A stretch of DNA of 64,000 nt from IMG/VR virus record IMGVR_UViG_3300045004_000084; one strand, given 5' to 3'. The position numbers and the translations under genes are program-made. Below are positions 62,316 to 64,000 of the stretch, piece after piece. Source of the DNA: a virus (Duplodnaviria > Heunggongvirae > Uroviricota > Caudoviricetes). How positions within the stretch are numbered: position 1 is the first letter of the stretch; every line of letters starts with the position of its first letter. A model generated the notes under the pieces. It ran no database searches and was not told the origin of the DNA. It saw only the letters and a program-made list of their open reading frames with translations.

Positions 62316-64000
62316 TTACTTGGCATTCTCGAGCAGGCGCATGAGTTCCACAGCCTTCTTGGCCGCCCGCAATTTGTCTGCCTTCTCTTGAGGCGTCCCT
62401 TCCAAGTACGCCGGAGGGCTCTCCTCCCTAGCCAGAGCTTTCACCTGGTCCCAGGTTGCATTGTTATTCTTGGCCTGCTGGTAGAGCATTGCCACAGCCT
62501 GCCTACGCAGATCAGGGCTCATACGAGATACCATCTGCCCCAGCTCGGGTAGTGTTTTGCCGGACAAGTCCGGCACGCCTTTCACCATCGGAATTTTGTA
62601 CTCGGCCGCAAAGTCGTTGATGTTGGTGGCCTTCGACACAGTGACAGGAGTCCTAGGCGCCGGGCCGGGTTTCGGCGTAGCCACCGGCGTCGCAGCGGGC
62701 CTAGGACCAACGCCCGGCGCCCCCGGAACCGGGTCAGGAGTCGGTCCCGGAACTGGCCCTGGAACTGGCCCTGGAGTTGGATTCGGTCCCGGAGTCGGTC
62801 CCGGAACTGGCCCAGGGGTTGGCCCGGGAGTCGGATCCGGATCATTCATCTCCTTGATGGCATGCAACTCGTCCTGCCGATTCGCATGGAACTGATCGAC
62901 CTGCTTGATCATAGGCAGAAGCGGGCTGCCGGGCTGCGTGGCCTGCAGTTCTGCCGCGAACCGAGCCCGATCCTGAGGCTGCAAGGCGGCCAGGTACTGC
63001 ACCGCCTGACGCGACGGTAGCTTGCCGGCCACCAGGTCGTTGTACTGCGGAAGCTGCTTCAGGCTGTCGAGGCCGACGGCACCCACCGCACTCACGCCGG
63101 TGAACGAGTCGACCCTGTCTCCCATCGACGTCAGGACTTCCTTGTTGCGGGCCTCCGGCGACTTCATGGCATTCGACCAGAAGTCCTTCTGGAACAACTT
63201 GGAGAAGTCGCCGCCGGTCATCTTGTGGCCGCCGAACGCCGCCCCCAGTAGCCCCAGGATGGGGAGCCACGCCCCGCCGAACCCGAACATCGCGCCCATA
63301 ATGCCGACGACGCCCAGGCCCAGGCCGCCGAACGTGAGCATCTTCTCCATCGAAGTCATGTTGCCGAAGATCCCGGCGCCGATTTCGGGCGGGACCTGGT
63401 GCTCCATGATCGGCCGGCCCTGCGCGTCGATGCCCGTCTGCTGACCCTGGATGCGCTGCAGGATGTCGGAGTCGATACGGGCCTTGATCTCCTTGCCGAT
63501 CCGCGTGGCCGGCTCGGTCACCGGCTGCTGCACCACGGTCCCGTCGGGCTGACGGACGAACTGCATGAGCGGCTTACCGTAGGCACCGAGGACGGGCTGG
63601 GTGCGATTGGCCTCGCCGAGGAAGTCCTGCACGCTCTTGATCGGCGTGCCGTCCTCCTTGAACCCGCCGTCGGCAATGGCCTTGCGCATCGCGAAGTCGG
63701 TGTACTTCTGCGTGATGGCCTGGCCCCGCTCCCGCATGCCGACCAGCCGGGCCTGCGTGTCCGGATCGAGCGGGGATCCAGGCGGCCGGTCAGCCATCAG
63801 CTTCTTGATCTCGTCGTACTCCTTCTGGAACGCGGGAATGTGGTTCTCCCGCAGATCCTTCATGACCGTGCTCTCGTAGTGGGCCAGGGCCTGACCCTGA
63901 ACCTTCTTCCGCATCTCCATGTACGGCGCGAGCTTCTGGTCGTACTGCGCTTGCAACTCGGGCGGAATCGGCTGACCGGCCGCCTGGAGCTGGTTGATCT
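62316..64000 (-). CDS. Partial CDS (5' end beyond window end): glycine-zipper membrane protein with a (PGPT/PGPV)n linker
   Basis: The reading frame stays open from 63956 to 64000, and the track 'start' is merely the first in-window TTG. GIFGNMTSMEKMLTFGGLGLGVVGIMGAMFGFGGAWLPILGLLGAAFGG is a Gly zipper. The PGP repeat DNA is at about 62650-62840. Confidence 0.5.
   Translation of the reverse strand, partial: INQLQAAGQPIPPELQAQYDQKLAPYMEMRKKVQGQALAHYESTVMKDLRENHIPAFQKEYDEIKKLMADRPPGSPLDPDTQARLVGMRERGQAITQKYTDFAMRKAIADGGFKEDGTPIKSVQDFLGEANRTQPVLGAYGKPLMQFVRQPDGTVVQQPVTEPATRIGKEIKARIDSDILQRIQGQQTGIDAQGRPIMEHQVPPEIGAGIFGNMTSMEKMLTFGGLGLGVVGIMGAMFGFGGAWLPILGLLGAAFGGHKMTGGDFSKLFQKDFWSNAMKSPEARNKEVLTSMGDRVDSFTGVSAVGAVGLDSLKQLPQYNDLVAGKLPSRQAVQYLAALQPQDRARFAAELQATQPGSPLLPMIKQVDQFHANRQDELHAIKEMNDPDPTPGPTPGPVPGPTPGPNPTPGPVPGPVPGPTPDPVPGAPGVGPRPAATPVATPKPGPAPRTPVTVSKATNINDFAAEYKIPMVKGVPDLSGKTLPELGQMVSRMSPDLRRQAVAMLYQQAKNNNATWDQVKALAREESPPAYLEGTPQEKADKLRAAKKAVELMRLLENAK

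Overview
This 64-kb window is about 65% GC and reads as one contiguous segment of a large tailed-phage (or prophage) genome from a high-GC host. Almost every convincing gene is on the minus strand, packed tightly with many 1-4 nt overlaps; the only plus-strand gene is an ATP-cone ribonucleotide reductase at 42237-44522. The region from 1 to 16.9 kb is a virion-morphogenesis block: a candidate contractile-sheath/tube pair, a candidate HK97-like capsid protein, an acidic Gly/Asp-repeat scaffold-like protein and a GT2-glycosyltransferase/SAM-methyltransferase fusion. The region from 16.9 to 42 kb is a run of low-complexity proteins with Pro/Thr linkers and glycine zippers, read as probable internal or ejected virion proteins. 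Embedded in that run is a SPLIT multisubunit RNA polymerase: a fused beta-beta'N polypeptide (32186-36649, 1487 aa) and a separate beta'C polypeptide (26395-28314, 639 aa), with an HNH endonuclease, an HExxH protein and repeat proteins between them. The region from 42 to 64 kb is a nucleotide-metabolism/host-takeover block: the RNR, a SpoT-type HD (p)ppGpp hydrolase, PhoH, a tandem pyrophosphatase-like protein, a 2H phosphoesterase, a HAD 5'-nucleotidase, an Mre11/SbcD-like phosphoesterase with an N-terminal HTH, and an OPRTase-like PRTase. The same block holds several clean intrinsic terminators, sigma70-like divergent promoters, recent perfect tandem duplications (21 bp and 65 bp), and a circularly permuted ~80-bp repeat next to a small HNH-family gene. 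One protein carries a 'LVYADWLDEH' (TIGR02996-type) N-terminal domain, which suggests a Planctomycetota or Myxococcota host. No rRNA, tRNA or CRISPR array was found by eye. Two CDSs run off the window edges and are missing from the ORF track. Many long plus-strand ORFs in the track are GC-rich antisense artefacts.
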